Shown: in pieces, positions 12,403 through 24,984 of the stretch
How the letters are laid out: each line of letters begins with the position of its first letter
Position numbering within the stretch: position 1 is the stretch's first letter
Assembly (NCBI RefSeq): GCF_006345805.1
Contig: NC_043020.1
Coordinates: 17,732,001-17,796,000 of the forward strand
DNA from: Octopus sinensis
Lineage: Eukaryota
DNA length: 64,000 nt
Direction: 5' to 3'
Notes under the pieces: generated by a model
Seen by the model: the letters and a program-made list of their open reading frames with translations, nothing else
Database searches by the model: none
What the model was told of the DNA's origin: nothing
Made by a program: the position numbers and the translations under genes

Positions 12403-15285
12403 GAGGTAGAAGAGTGGCAGAAATTGTAGTGTTAGATGAAATGCCTTAATGCTCTCATACCCCAGCCATTGTTTCTGCTGTCAGACTCTTGTTTCCTTTA
12501 CTGAGCCATCCTGGATTTTCTTCTGTCATTGCTCTATCACTCTGTCTGCAATTCCCACTTTTGGTCAAATTGTCTTGAGCAAGGGTGAAACGAACTGAGG
12601 AAGACCTGACTTTGCAGCACCTCGACCTCAAGCATGCTAAAGCCAGCACCATGGATCAGAAATCATGGAATAACATCATCACCACGGTCCATCACCCTGT
12701 TTAACTCTGTTATCTGGTCTTTGAGTACCCTTAGTAGAGTTCATTTTGTTGCAAGCGTTTGGGCCAGGTCACCTGTTTAGGGGTCAGCTTCCTATGCCGC
12801 CAGTCTTAGAGGCCCTTTAAAAGGTCATGGGTGTTCCCCTCATGAGTAAATAATAAAAAATAAAAAAAATAAAAGGCGATTCAAGTGAAATACATCTGCA
12901 ACTATTTCTAACAAGTAGAGTAATTGTGATTTGTAAACAGTGGTATTGGTAACAGCAGCAGTGGTAGTGACAGTAGTGGTGGTGGGAACTTTTGGTCAAA
13001 TTGTCTTGAGCAAGGGTGAAACGAACTGAGGAACACCTGAAGTTGCAGCACCTCGACCTTGAGCATGCTAAAGCCAGCACCATGGATCAGAAAGGTACCA
13101 AGCAAGTTGCAGCCAACTTCCTTCCTGCTCTCTTATTGGTCAAAGTAGAATTTCACCAGCATGTTGACATTCCTGAAACTTGACCAGTTGTGGGAACAGG
13201 GATGGCAGTGGTGATAATGATGAAGGTAGCAGCAATGATGGTAGTGGTTGTGACGGTAGTGGTGGTAGCAATGGAAATGTTAGCAATGGCAATGGTGGTG
13301 GTGGTGGTGGTGGCGGTGGCGGTAACGGGTCGGTGGAGAGGGGCATGGTAGACATGTATATCTTGACAGGAGTTGTAATGGCTTAGTTAAAGTAACAAGA
13401 ATAGATAAGTTTAGTAAAACGAACATTCCGTACGAATGTGGTTAGGAGCGATTCATGATGTTTGCATGGTAACTACTGAAGCATTGTTGAATTGTAGCAC
13501 ACAAGTCCTTATGTTGGAAGATAATGAGGTACGAAAACAAGAATTACTGGATCGGAATTGACCGAAATGAAAAAAAGGAGAAAAATAACAGCAGACCATT
13601 TATTATAGGTTGTTCTCTTGCGTTTTATGGCATTAATCATTTTCTGATTGTAAATTATCTCCTTGTGTATAACCAGCATCAATAACGGTGATAAATACTG
13701 CGCCTAGTTACTGATTAATAAGTTAATGTTTAATTAGCCTAATATTCCGACAAACAACTGATAATTTGTAACTTATATGTTGCTGTTGTTGGCTAGACCA
13801 ATGTCTGTAAGTTTTCATTGAGTAGAACTATTTAAAGGAACAGGAGCAGCTAATCAAATACTTGGCTGGATGCCACATGCTCAATGCAGCCAGTTATAAG
13901 TATATATATAGCTCGGTTTTGACCACTTATCTACATTATGATTCAGGTATTTATTTTATTGATCCAGCTGGGTTAGGCATCTAAATCACCGTCACTTTTG
14001 GCAAGATTGTTTAGCGCCAAAGAATATTCTAGACCAGCTATGCTAACACTCAGTCCACTATCTTGCTTCTGAATTAGATAGCAATGAAAACCCCTTTAAG
14101 CTATGTGAAAGATAAAATATTTGCCACAGCGGGTTTTCCAAAATAAAACTATTGCGATACTGAAAGAGCAACATAAAGTTGTTAAAGTATTCATCTTTTT
14201 TTTAATTAATAAAAAAAAAAGCCTCCAAATTCTTTGAAGTTCAGTTTTTCTTAGTAAAAGAAAAATCTAGATTCTATTCATCGTTATTTTTACCCTAAAG
14301 CCCTATGAACTTTTTAAACTGCAATTTTCACATTCATATAAATATCTCCAATTTTATTGAACTTCAGTCTTTGCTGTAATGTAAAAATTTTCAAATTCTC
14401 TGAATGGAAATCTTTATCTTAACAAAAAAAAAAAATGAAAGAAAGAAAGAAAAAACAAGTCTTCAAACTACAATCATGACCTACAGATACCCCCACCAAA
14501 TTTTCTGAAGTACAGTCTTATCTCAATATAAAAATTTACTTGAACTACAGTCTCTAAATAACTCAGGTTAGGTTTCAGCTTCATTAAACCTCTTCAGCAA
14601 AGCATAAACTTCCCAGTACTCTCAAAAGTAGTAATGAGGATTCACTAAATAGATGTACATGAGTAGTCATGAAAAATTAGCGTATAATGTGAATTTATCC
14701 ACAAAGTTAATTACTCAGAGATGCCATCCACCTAAAAAATAATAGCTAAGTTGGTTTTAGCATATTTAATGTAATGAGCAGCAAAAAGTATCTCTAATTA
14801 ACTTTTTAATATCCATGTATTAACCTTTTCATGAGCACATTTCTAATGAAATACATTGCTAATTTGTTTTGATTAATTTTGTTAAATAATGGAGATTTAA
14901 TACAATAACTAACTTGTTAATTATTTAAGTAGTATTTATGACATAACTAAAGCTTTTTTTTCATTTTTTTATATCTATTTTGTTTCCAAGTTACAATGGG
15001 TTTGGATGGAGAATTATTTCAGGCAGGATTTTACAGCTGGATGCTCTTTCTGTCAACAACCTTTATTTGCTTTTTTCTAAGCAAGGGATTTCTTTGTTCC
15101 AGAGGTATTTGAAAGTGCAGAATGATTGGTCATAATGTGAACAAGGACTGTAAACATTAACACCATTTCACTTGAGCTGACACTCCATCGGTTACAATGA
15201 TAACTGTTCCAGTTGATCCGATCAACGGAACAGCCTGCTTGTGAAATTACCATGTCTGTGAACACTTCACAGACATGTGTAAGCC

Positions 15286-15512
15286 TTAACCCTTTAGTAT
15301 TTAAACCGGCCATATCCGGCCAAAATAGCTAATCTGTTTTATATTCAAACTGACCAGATCCAGGCTCTCACACCTACCATACAATGTTATTCTATATTAA
15401 GTAATTACATCATCAAGATCTTGAAGATATGAGATAATGCATGATTAATTCAAATCAATGGGAATCAATAGGCATTATGTTTGATAGAATAACCTGAACA
15501 CTAAAGGGTTAA
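15286..15512 (-). mobile_element. piggyBac-type MITE (family P1) inserted into a SINE
   Basis: TTAA-CCCTTTAG ... CTAAAGGG-TTAA; removing it restores the SINE spanning about 15179-15722. Confidence 0.85.
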
Positions 15513-15762
15513 TGTAGTTCTCGGGGAGATTCAGCATAACACAGGATGTGACAAGGTTGGCCCTTTGAAATACAAGGGCAAGTCATTTTTGCCAGCAGAG
15601 TTGACTGGAGCATCATAAAATAAAACATCTTGTTGAAGCACTCAATGCATTGCCAGGTATCAAACCCATGACATTACAATCAAGAGCTGAATATCCCTAA
15701 CCACTAAGCCACGTGCACTCACCCATTTCACTTAACAGGGGACACAATGGAATATCAGCATT

Positions 15763-15813
<51 letters not shown>

Positions 15814-17878
15814 GTGCATGTGACAGCTTCCTGCAGATATTATCTATCAAATTCCTTCTCTTGACATTGGATGGGTCAGTCTATGTTAAAAGATAACCCA
15901 AAGTGTGTGTCAGTGAAGTGTAACCTAAAACCATGTGGTTACAAAATAGCCCTCTTAATAACACTGTCCTGCTTGCACCTTCCTTTATTTTACCCCTCAG
16001 TATTTATATTACTTTGTCACATGTATATGCTTATTTAATCACATTATTTTGAATTAATCCTGTATTACACTGTGTAACACGATTTTTGTCCTTGGGTAGC
16101 AACTGTTATTTCCTATTTGCTTATCCCTAAAAAGTATGATAAATGGCCAACATTTCCTTCAGACTTCACATTTGTTATGTTATTTATTCAAACCCCAAAG
16201 AATCCTTCTCAACACATTACAATGATGCTCCCCCACTACCTCTGCTCATGATCAGAGATGCACGTATTGTCAGCCACTGAGGGACATGCTCAACTGGTTA
16301 TGGTCAAGCAACTGACAAGCAAATCTATGGTACTGAACAGAATATATGCTACAACGATATTTCTGCTTCAGCAACTCGGTGCTGAATCTGTTTGAAATGT
16401 AATGGAAAATAGGTCAGTTTCAAAACATTGATGTCCAAGTCACCAAAGCAAAGTTTTAACGGAATAATTGTAATTTTCATTGATTTTTAGATAGAATCAA
16501 ATAGGAAACAGCACTCACAGACCAAAGACAAAACAAAATTTCAATTTTATTACATAATGTTATATCATAGCTTCAAGATTTTGGCGATACAATTGTTTAT
16601 TTTGTAGAATGACATTATAGGATAGTTATGAGGGGCTGGATGTGGCTGGTTTGAACATAGACCAGGTAGAATATTTGGGTCTGATATGACCAGTTTAAAT
16701 GTTAAAGAGTTAAATATAAGCTCATCACCTTACAACATCCAAATAAGGCAACAAGCTGGTAGAATCATTAGCACAGCAGGCAAAATGCTTAGTGGCATTT
16801 CATGTGTATATATGTTCTGAGTTCAAATTCCACCGAGGTTGACTTTTCCTTTCATCATTTTGGTGTCAATAAAATAAGTACCAGTTGAGTGCTGGGGGTC
16901 AATGTGAGACCATTATTGCTATTAATAAGGCAGTGAGCTGGCAGAGTTGTTTGCACACTCTACAGAATACAGAACAGCATTGCATCCATCTTCACATTCT
17001 GAGTTCAAATTCCACTGAGGTTGGCTTTGCCTGTCACCCTTTCAATGTCAATAATGGCAAGTACCAGTTGATGACTGGGGTCAATGTAATTGACTTACCC
17101 AGTCCCTTGAAATTACTGGCCTTGTCCCAGATGTGGAACCAGTATTAAAGGGGTTCTTCTATAATCCTAAGTCAACTCTGATTCAACAGGCCTGTCACCC
17201 AAGCCTATCAAATCTTAAGGTCCAGCCATAACCAGCCCATATTTTTCTCATCAGTCCAACCCATCCCAGCAAGGATATAGACATTAAATGATGATGATGA
17301 TGATGAGTGTAAATAGGACTCCATTGTCCTATATGTTTTTTGTTATTAATTTTTAAACGGTTGATTTAAAAAAAATTTTCATTGCTTATTCTGGCAGGTC
17401 AATGATTAATGTAGTGGATTGCTCATTGGATGTCCGATGTAAAGGCCTCTTTACATAACAATGTATGATCATATATACCGTAGGTATTGCAAATTGAGAG
17501 AAACTTAATTTAAGTGTATAAGTATTTATTAGCATCTAAAACTATTCGTTAGCAGTTCTTACAAGATAAAAATTGTCTTTGTGGCAGTTTTATCGGAAAA
17601 AATGTTAAAATATTACACTGAAAAGGATGCAACAGCTCATGTTGCTTCCTTTGCACAGATTTTTTTTGTGTCATCTGCCACTTTTTGTCATCTCATCCTA
17701 ATTCTGACAATAAAAGTCTGAAGCCAATAAAAGTCATGTAGTTTATATTAATTTTACAGAACATTAGAAGAACAATCTTATGAAAAATAATATAGTTTCG
17801 ATTTTGTTTCTATAATTTTTTAAGGGAAGCATTGCTTCCCTTGCTTCCATGGACTTCACACCTATGATATATATATAT

Positions 17879-18214
17879 GTGAAGGTGCATGGCTCAGTGC
17901 TTAGAGTGTCAAGCTTAGGATCGCAAGGTTATGAGTTCAAATCTCAGACCGGGCTGCGTGTTGTGTTCTTGAGCAAGACACTTTATTTCACATTGCTCCA
18001 GTTCACTCAGCTGTAGAAATGAGTTGTGATGTTACAGGTGCCAAACTGTATCAGCTTTTGCCTTTCCCTTGGATAACACTGGTGGCATAGAGAGGGGAGG
18101 CTGGTATGCATGGGTGACTGTTGGTCTTCCATAAACAACCTTGCTCGGACTTGTGCCTGGGAGGATAACTTTCTACGTGCAATCCCATGGTCAGTCATGA
18201 CTGAAGGGGGTCTC
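17879..18214 (+). mobile_element. tRNA-derived SINE family C (same head as B, different 3' body)
   Basis: Copies at 1965-2300 (-), 39177-39506 (-) and partial at about 55870-56010 (-). Confidence 0.8.
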
Positions 18215-18215
18215 A

Positions 18216-18252
<37 letters not shown>

Positions 18253-18309
18253 TAAAAACGGTAAGATAACAAAAGAAAGAAAGAGATCTCAATATTATGT
18301 AAATAGATG

Positions 18310-18379
18310 GCCAGATAACCGAAGGGATGGTGTTGTGGATTTCCACTTCGGCATCCGAAACTCAGAGTTTTATCTTGGC
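18310..18379 (+). ncRNA. Hammerhead-like fold (type C) with variant core and extended stem II
   Basis: GCCAGATAA-CCGAAG-GGATG(...GTGGA-TT-TCCAC...)CATCC-GAA-ACTC-A-GAGT-T-TTATCTTGGC: three stems pair in hammerhead order, but the core departs from CUGANGA. Confidence 0.45.
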
Positions 18380-18411
18380 TATTGAATAATGGTAACATAT
18401 TAATTTACAGA

Positions 18412-18449
<38 letters not shown>

Positions 18450-18451
<2 letters not shown>

Positions 18452-18639
18452 GTCGCCATGATTGACTGCTAACTCCAAAAGTTTTTAATTTTCTCTGTTT
18501 ATTTCCTTGTGCTCCTTTCTGTTGAAGAGCATAGGCTCAAAACATAAAAGATTTTCTCACCTTCCCGAGCATCACACTAATACACCTGCTTGTTGGTTAT
18601 ACACTTGTCTTTGTCTTTTGTTTTTCTGTAAATTTCAAC

Positions 18640-18643
<4 letters not shown>
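18450..18643 (+). mobile_element. Solo PLE pseudo-LTR (same family as 31888-32085)
   Basis: Alignable with 31888-32085 by eye, including tcctttctgttgaagagcataggct..aaac.taaaag and tttttctgtaaatttcaactatat. Confidence 0.75.
18515..18550 (+). ncRNA. Minimal hammerhead-like motif (type B, decayed)
   Basis: CTTT-CTGTTGA-A-GAGC(ATAG)GCTC-AAA-ACAT-A-AAAG. Confidence 0.45.
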
Positions 18644-18670
<27 letters not shown>

Positions 18671-18729
18671 ATTGCTTAAAACAGTTTGATTCGGTTCCTT
18701 TCCTATCATTTGTCCACTCACTTGTGTGC

Positions 18730-18776
<47 letters not shown>

Positions 18777-18990
18777 TACATACACATAAGAAGTAAAAAG
18801 GTTTAATTAATCCAGGCAGATATTTATAAAAGCACTCAGTATTAAATGAATTTGGTTGACTATATCAAACAATTAGATACTAATAAATGCAAGTAGAATT
18901 AACATCCAAGGTAATTCTTCATGTCTGCATGCCAAGTAAATTCAAATATCATTTAGAAGAACTTCTCCATTCTTATTCTTGCTGCCATAT

Positions 18991-19028
<38 letters not shown>

Positions 19029-19103
19029 TAAGACTCTAAAGAGTCTACTTTTAATCTACATTGGTAAGGCTTTTATTATATAGTAAAGCTGATAGAAAAA
19101 GTA

Positions 19104-19381
19104 CAGTGAACTTGCTGTGGGGAGCGGAAACTGATGTTTTGGAGAGAGTTCTTCTGGGAAAAGTTGAAAGGAGAGAAATTAATGAGAGACAGCAGAACTT
19201 TATATCCTCTAAATTGCCACCAGTTTTTTTGTTTTTGTTTTTTGTTTGTCTTGGGGTTTTTTTTTATAATCTTAGATGTAAAATTTTGCTGTCTCTCATC
19301 CATTTCTCACCAACTTTTTCATGGAGCAAGATTCTGTCTGAAAAGTTGGATTTTTTTCCACTCCTCATGGCAAATTCACTG
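19104..19381. mobile_element. TA-flanked MITE, same family as 1736-1912
   Basis: TA-CAGTGAACTTGCTGTGGGGAGCGGAAA ... TTTCCACTCCTCATGGCAAATTCACTG-TA. Confidence 0.65.
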
Positions 19382-19386
19382 TACTT

Positions 19387-19462
<76 letters not shown>

Positions 19463-19501
19463 TATATATATGTGTGTATAGGGAGTAGATAAAATCCAGG
19501 C

Positions 19502-19662
19502 TACATATGTTTCATAACTAGCAGAACCTCAGAAGAAATCCCTTGTCGACAATCTAAACTTCATTTGATTAAGGTATCTTTGGACCGACGAGTAGCTAAC
19601 GAATTACCCCTCATTTTGGCAATTACTACTTCTGAGGTTCTACTAGCTATGAAACATATGTA
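19502..19662. mobile_element. MITE with 34-bp TIRs
   Basis: 19502-19535 and 19629-19662 are reverse complements with 2 mismatches; both ends are TA. Confidence 0.75.
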
Positions 19663-19966
19663 TCTGTATATATGTAAAATTTATATATATAACATACATA
19701 AAAATATATATAAATAATATTCATAAAATACACAAAAATATATGAGTAATATATGTGTGTGTGTGTTAATAATATATATAATGTATGTGCTTGCCAGACA
19801 GTTTTTTCTTTGTTGGATTTTCCCACTCCTCATGGCAAATTCACTGTACTCAATATGTGTGTAAAATTTATATATATAAAATATATATGACTGTGTGTGT
19901 CTGTGTGTCAATAATTTATGTAATGTGCTAAGCAGAAAACAATCCCTTCTTGGCAAGTTAACTGTA

Positions 19967-20033
<67 letters not shown>

Positions 20034-20586
20034 CAAAATTTATATACATATAAAATACATAAAAATATATATAAATAACATATATGTTCATAATATATAT
20101 ACATATATAAATAATGAGTTATTTTGTTTGATTTTTACCCTCATCGTGGCAAGCTCATTGTATTCTATATATGTGTGTGTGTATGAATATGTATATGCAA
20201 AATTATATACAATATACATTAAAATATATATGAATAATATATATTGTATTAATAATATATATGTGTGTGTTTATGTATGTATATGCTAGGTTGTGTTTTG
20301 TTTCTCCTATCAACAAATCGTCTAGGCAGTTCATGCCTTTGAAGCTATGTGGAATAAGTGTTCTCTCACTTGAAAATCAAGTAAGTGTTAGCATCAGGAA
20401 GAGCATGCAGCTGTGAAACATAATATATTTATTCAACTGATGCCAGCATGGATAAAAAATGAGTGTAAAACAAATGAATGAATAAATATTTAACTGATTA
20501 AACAGAACTGTGATCAAAGGTGCTCCAGCTAGGACTGTCTTGTTTTTTCTTTTTCTTAATTTTTTTCAAGCATCATCCATCTCGGA

Positions 20587-21207
20587 CAGTGATTCTCAAC
20601 CAGTTTTTACCTAAGGATCCCCTTGATTCTTGGTTCACTTGGATGGACCTTTACAACCATTTCATATTTCAAAGATTATATTTTTATAATTAAATATTAG
20701 GAACTGTATTAAAAAAATTAAAATATTTTGTGTATTGTAGCATAAGCACTTTATTACTTACTCTTTTTACTCTTTTACTTGTTTCAATCATTTGACTGTG
20801 GCCATGCTGGAGCACCGCCTTTAGTCGAGCAAATCGACCCCAGGACTTATTCTTTGTAAGCCTAATAATTATTCTATCGGTCTCTTTTGCCGAACCGCTA
20901 AGTTACGGGGACGTAAACACACCAGCATCGGTTGTCAAGCGATGTTGGGGAGACAAACATATACACACATGTACATATATATACATATATACGACGAGCT
21001 TCTTTCAGTTTCCATCTACCAAATCCATTCACAAGGTTTTGGTCGACCCGACGCTATAGTAGAAGACACTTACCCAAGGTGTCACGCAGTGGGACTGAAC
21101 CCGGAACCATGTGAGTGGTAAGCAAGCAACTTAGCACACAGCCACTCCTACACCTATTGATCATAAATTTTAACAAGGACCACATGGATCCTTGTTGAGA
21201 ACCACTG
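20587..21207. mobile_element. hAT MITE interrupted by a SINE
   Basis: TIR CAGTGATTCTCAACC / GTTGAGAACCACTG; degenerate TSD atctcgga / atctagca; SINE nested at about 20763-21157. Confidence 0.7.
20763..21157 (-). mobile_element. SINE family A nested in a hAT MITE
   Basis: Reverse complement of the 26093-26490 architecture. Confidence 0.9.
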
Positions 21208-21637
21208 ATCTAGCACTATATCATAATGTGACCCCTACCGTTTATTGTTGCTGTTTGACTCCCTAGGCCAATTCTGGTTAACTAGGCCTTTGATCAAAGT
21301 CATTCTAGCCATAACAATCCCATCTTTTTCTTTAGGCCCAGTGTATCTAGGGGGTTACATTATCCTAATGTGTCCTGTTAGGATTTATTAATACATAGAG
21401 CTTTGGCTGTTATTTCTAGCAGGTTGGGCTATCTCATTTGTTCAGTAGATCCTAATTTTAAGTAAATCCTGTTGATGATGCATGTGAGTTTACAATAATG
21501 ATCTCTTACATGAAAATCAAGTAAGTGTTAGCATCAGAAAGATCATCCAGCTGTGAAACAATACCTCAAATAACATATTCGTTCAACCCCAGCAAGGGAA
21601 AACGCTGGGTGTAAAATGAATGAGTGAATAAATACCT

Positions 21638-21856
21638 ATTTTTTTATTATCCACGAGGGGATAAACATAGAGGGGACAAACAAGGACAGACATAGATATT
21701 AAGACAATAATATCAACCCCAGTGCGTAACTGGTACTTAATTTATCGACCCCGAAAGGATGAAAGGCAAAGTCGACCTCGGCGGAATTTGAACTCAGAAT
21801 GTAACAGCAGCCGAAATACCGCTATGCATTTAGCCCGGCACACTAACGTTTCTGCC
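21638..21856 (-). mobile_element. SINE family M with 16-bp TSD
   Basis: TSD GAGTGAATAAATACCT at 21622-21637 and 21857-21872. Confidence 0.9.
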
Positions 21857-24612
21857 GAGTGAATAAATACCTTAGACATGGTGTATCTAGGCGGTCACAT
21901 TAGCCAATATCCTACTGTATTTTTTTAAACAATCTATTAGGGTTTATTAATACATAGAGATTTGGCTGTTATTTCTAGCAGCTTGGGCTATCTCATTTGT
22001 TCAGTAGATCCTAATTTTAAGTAAATCTTGTTGATGATGCATGTGAGTTTATAATGACTAAAAACATAATTTGATGTGATGCTTAACAAAGTGGAATTTT
22101 TTTGTTTCCTTTTTTCCAGGAAATGTGTACCAAAATAAACCGGAAAACAGCCAATTTCACACTGATGATGCAACAATAACATATATTGTGAGAAATATGG
22201 TAATTATATACATTTCATGTTTGTTTTTATTTTAGATATTCACATGCTGCATTTAAAATACATCCCTTCACAAACACCATCATCACCATCATCATTGATT
22301 TAATGTTGACTTTTCCATACTCGCCTGGGTTGGACAGAATTTCTTGAGACAGGTTTTTCCATGGCAGGATGCCCTTCCTGTTTCCAACCCTTCTTTTGAT
22401 CATCAGTAGGTCTGCTTGATCTAAGATAACCTCGGCTCAACAACCACACAATTGCCATTGCCATCATTAACAAAATGTTTCTCACACCCTCCCATGACCT
22501 ACCCACTTATTACTGTTTTTTTTTCTTTTTTTTTGGCTTTTTTTTTTTATTTCATTAATCATTTTGACTATCTTTGCTAGTCACACGTGTTCAGTGTGTG
22601 TGTTTGTGTCAGTCAACACAGGGTGTACATACAAAAGTAATATTTCCCCATGACCAGACATGGTTTCACGGAAGCTTGGATACAAAGGACACTGCTTACA
22701 AGGTTATGATTGGTCTGGGGCTACAGTAGATGTCACTTGTCCAAGGTGCCAGCCACACAGTGAGACTGACCCCAAAAACAATGTGGCTGGAAAGTGAATT
22801 TCTTAACCATTTATGATAATGATAAATCTAGTAATAATGATGATAACAATAATAATCCTTTCTATTGTAAACAGAAGGCCTAAAATTTTTTAGGAGATGG
22901 ACCAAGTCAATCACATTGACCCCCAATGCTCAACTGATCCCCCTAAAAAATGAAAGGCAAAGTCGACCTTGGTGGAATTTGAACTCAGAACATAGAGAAG
23001 GAAGACAGTTTACTAAGTATTTTGTGAGATGCGGTAACGATACTGCCAGCTCACTGCCTTAATAATAATAATCCTTTCTATTAAAGGCACAAGGCCAGAA
23101 ATTTTGTGATAAGGAGATAGTCAATTACAACTGGTACTTATTTTATTGACCCTGAAAGGATTAAAGGTAAAGTCGACTTCAATGAAATTTGAACTCAGGT
23201 CATAAAGACAGATAAAATTCTGCCAGCTCACTGCCATGATGATAATGACGATGATCTTTTCTACTGTAGGCACAAATTTTTGTGGGGAGGGTGCCAGTTT
23301 ATTAGATTGATCCCCAGTATGCAACTGGTACTTAATTTATTGATCCCTGAAAGGATGAAAGGCAATGTCAACAATGGTGGAATTTGAACTCAGAATGTAG
23401 CAGCAGACAAAATACCTATTTCTTTATTACCCACAAGGTGCTAAACATAGAGGGGACAAACAACGACAGACATAGGTATTAAGTTGATTACATCGACCCC
23501 AGTGCGTAACTGGTACTTAATTTATGGAACCCGAAAGGATGAAAGGCAAAGTCGACCTCGGCGGGATTTGAACTCACAACGTAACAGCAGACAAAATACC
23601 ATTAAGCATTTCACCCAACATGCTAACAATTCTGCCAGCTCACTATCTTGATGACAATAATAATAATAATAATAATTATGATGATAGTAATAATAATAAT
23701 TATTATTATTTCGTTTTGGGATTTGGTTTGCAAGATTCTTTATATGAGTTCATGTGTTGAAGCATAGGAAAATAAAAATAAGAAATTTTACCGGTGCAAA
23801 AAGAAAATGACTTTCCCCAGACACAACAGAATAGTAATAATAATTTCTTGCACAAACTGAATGCCAGAAATGTGAGGAGAGGGACCAATTGATTTTTGTC
23901 AACCCCAGTACTTCTCTTGTATCAACCTTTGTTGGAGGCAAAGTAAAGTTGATCTCAATGGGATGGATAATAAAAAGTGAGAATATGTATCAAACTACTA
24001 GATGATAACGATGATGATTTCAAATTTTATCCCAGGGTCGACACTTTTTAGTGGTGGGAGTGAGTCAGTTACTTCACAACTGGTACTTATTTTATCAACC
24101 CTGTAAGGATGAAAGACAAAGTCAACCTTGGTAGAATTCGAACTCAGAACATAAAGACAGACAAGATGCCACTAAGTATTTTGTCTGGCATGCTAACAGT
24201 TCTGCCAGCTTGTGAATATTACTTACTACTAATAATGGTTTCAAATTTTGCCACAGGGGCAGCTATTTATTGGGGAGGAGATGAGTCAATTACATTGACC
24301 CCAGTGTTCAACTGGTACTTATTTTATTGACCTTGAAAAGATGAAAGGCAAAGTCGACCTCAGCAGAATTTGAACTCAGATTGGAGCAACAGGTGAAATA
24401 CCACTAAGCATTTCATTCAGCTTGCTGATGATTCTGCCAGCTCGCCACCTTACTTTTACTAATGTTATATAGGCCAGTTTTGGAAAAAATTTCTTCAAAA
24501 ATAATTTTTTGTTTATGAGGATATGTTATCCAAGCAGGCACCAGTTATGCATTTGTATCGATTGATAATTCTGGTTATCATTCGTGTGCTTATGTACTAA
24601 TGTTTATGGTCA

Positions 24613-24840
24613 GTAACCCTTTCGTTACTGTATTTATTTTGAGATGCTCTGTGTTTCTTTCAATCATTTTAAATATAACAAAGAATTTAGTAAAATAACT
24701 TCGTTATCATTCAGCTAGTGTTAGGAATGTAAATTGTGACTAAGGTTTGGTGGAAGATTTTAATTCAAAACTTATGAAAGCAGGACATTTTTCTACAGAG
24801 CCAGAGCCTGTTTTGGCCGGGTTAGTAACAAAAGGGTTAA
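24613..24840 (+). mobile_element. piggyBac-type MITE (family P2)
   Basis: CCCTTTCGTTAC ... GTAACAAAAGGG-TTAA; reverse copy at 34120-34348, partial copy at about 51375-51569. Confidence 0.8.
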
Positions 24841-24984
24841 CCATTCTTAGCACTTTCCACTCCTGAAACCCCAGTTGTCCCTATAGAGACTTTGTTCTTG
24901 TCAATATAGGAGAAATGATTGATAGTTTAAAGAATACAGAGAAAACATATAGAATATTCATATGACTGCACAATTTTATTTATC

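Noticed and set aside
13140-13386. Overlapping Pro-rich and Gly-rich ORFs
   Set aside because: They are products of a (GGT/GGC)n degenerate trinucleotide tract, without splice or start support.
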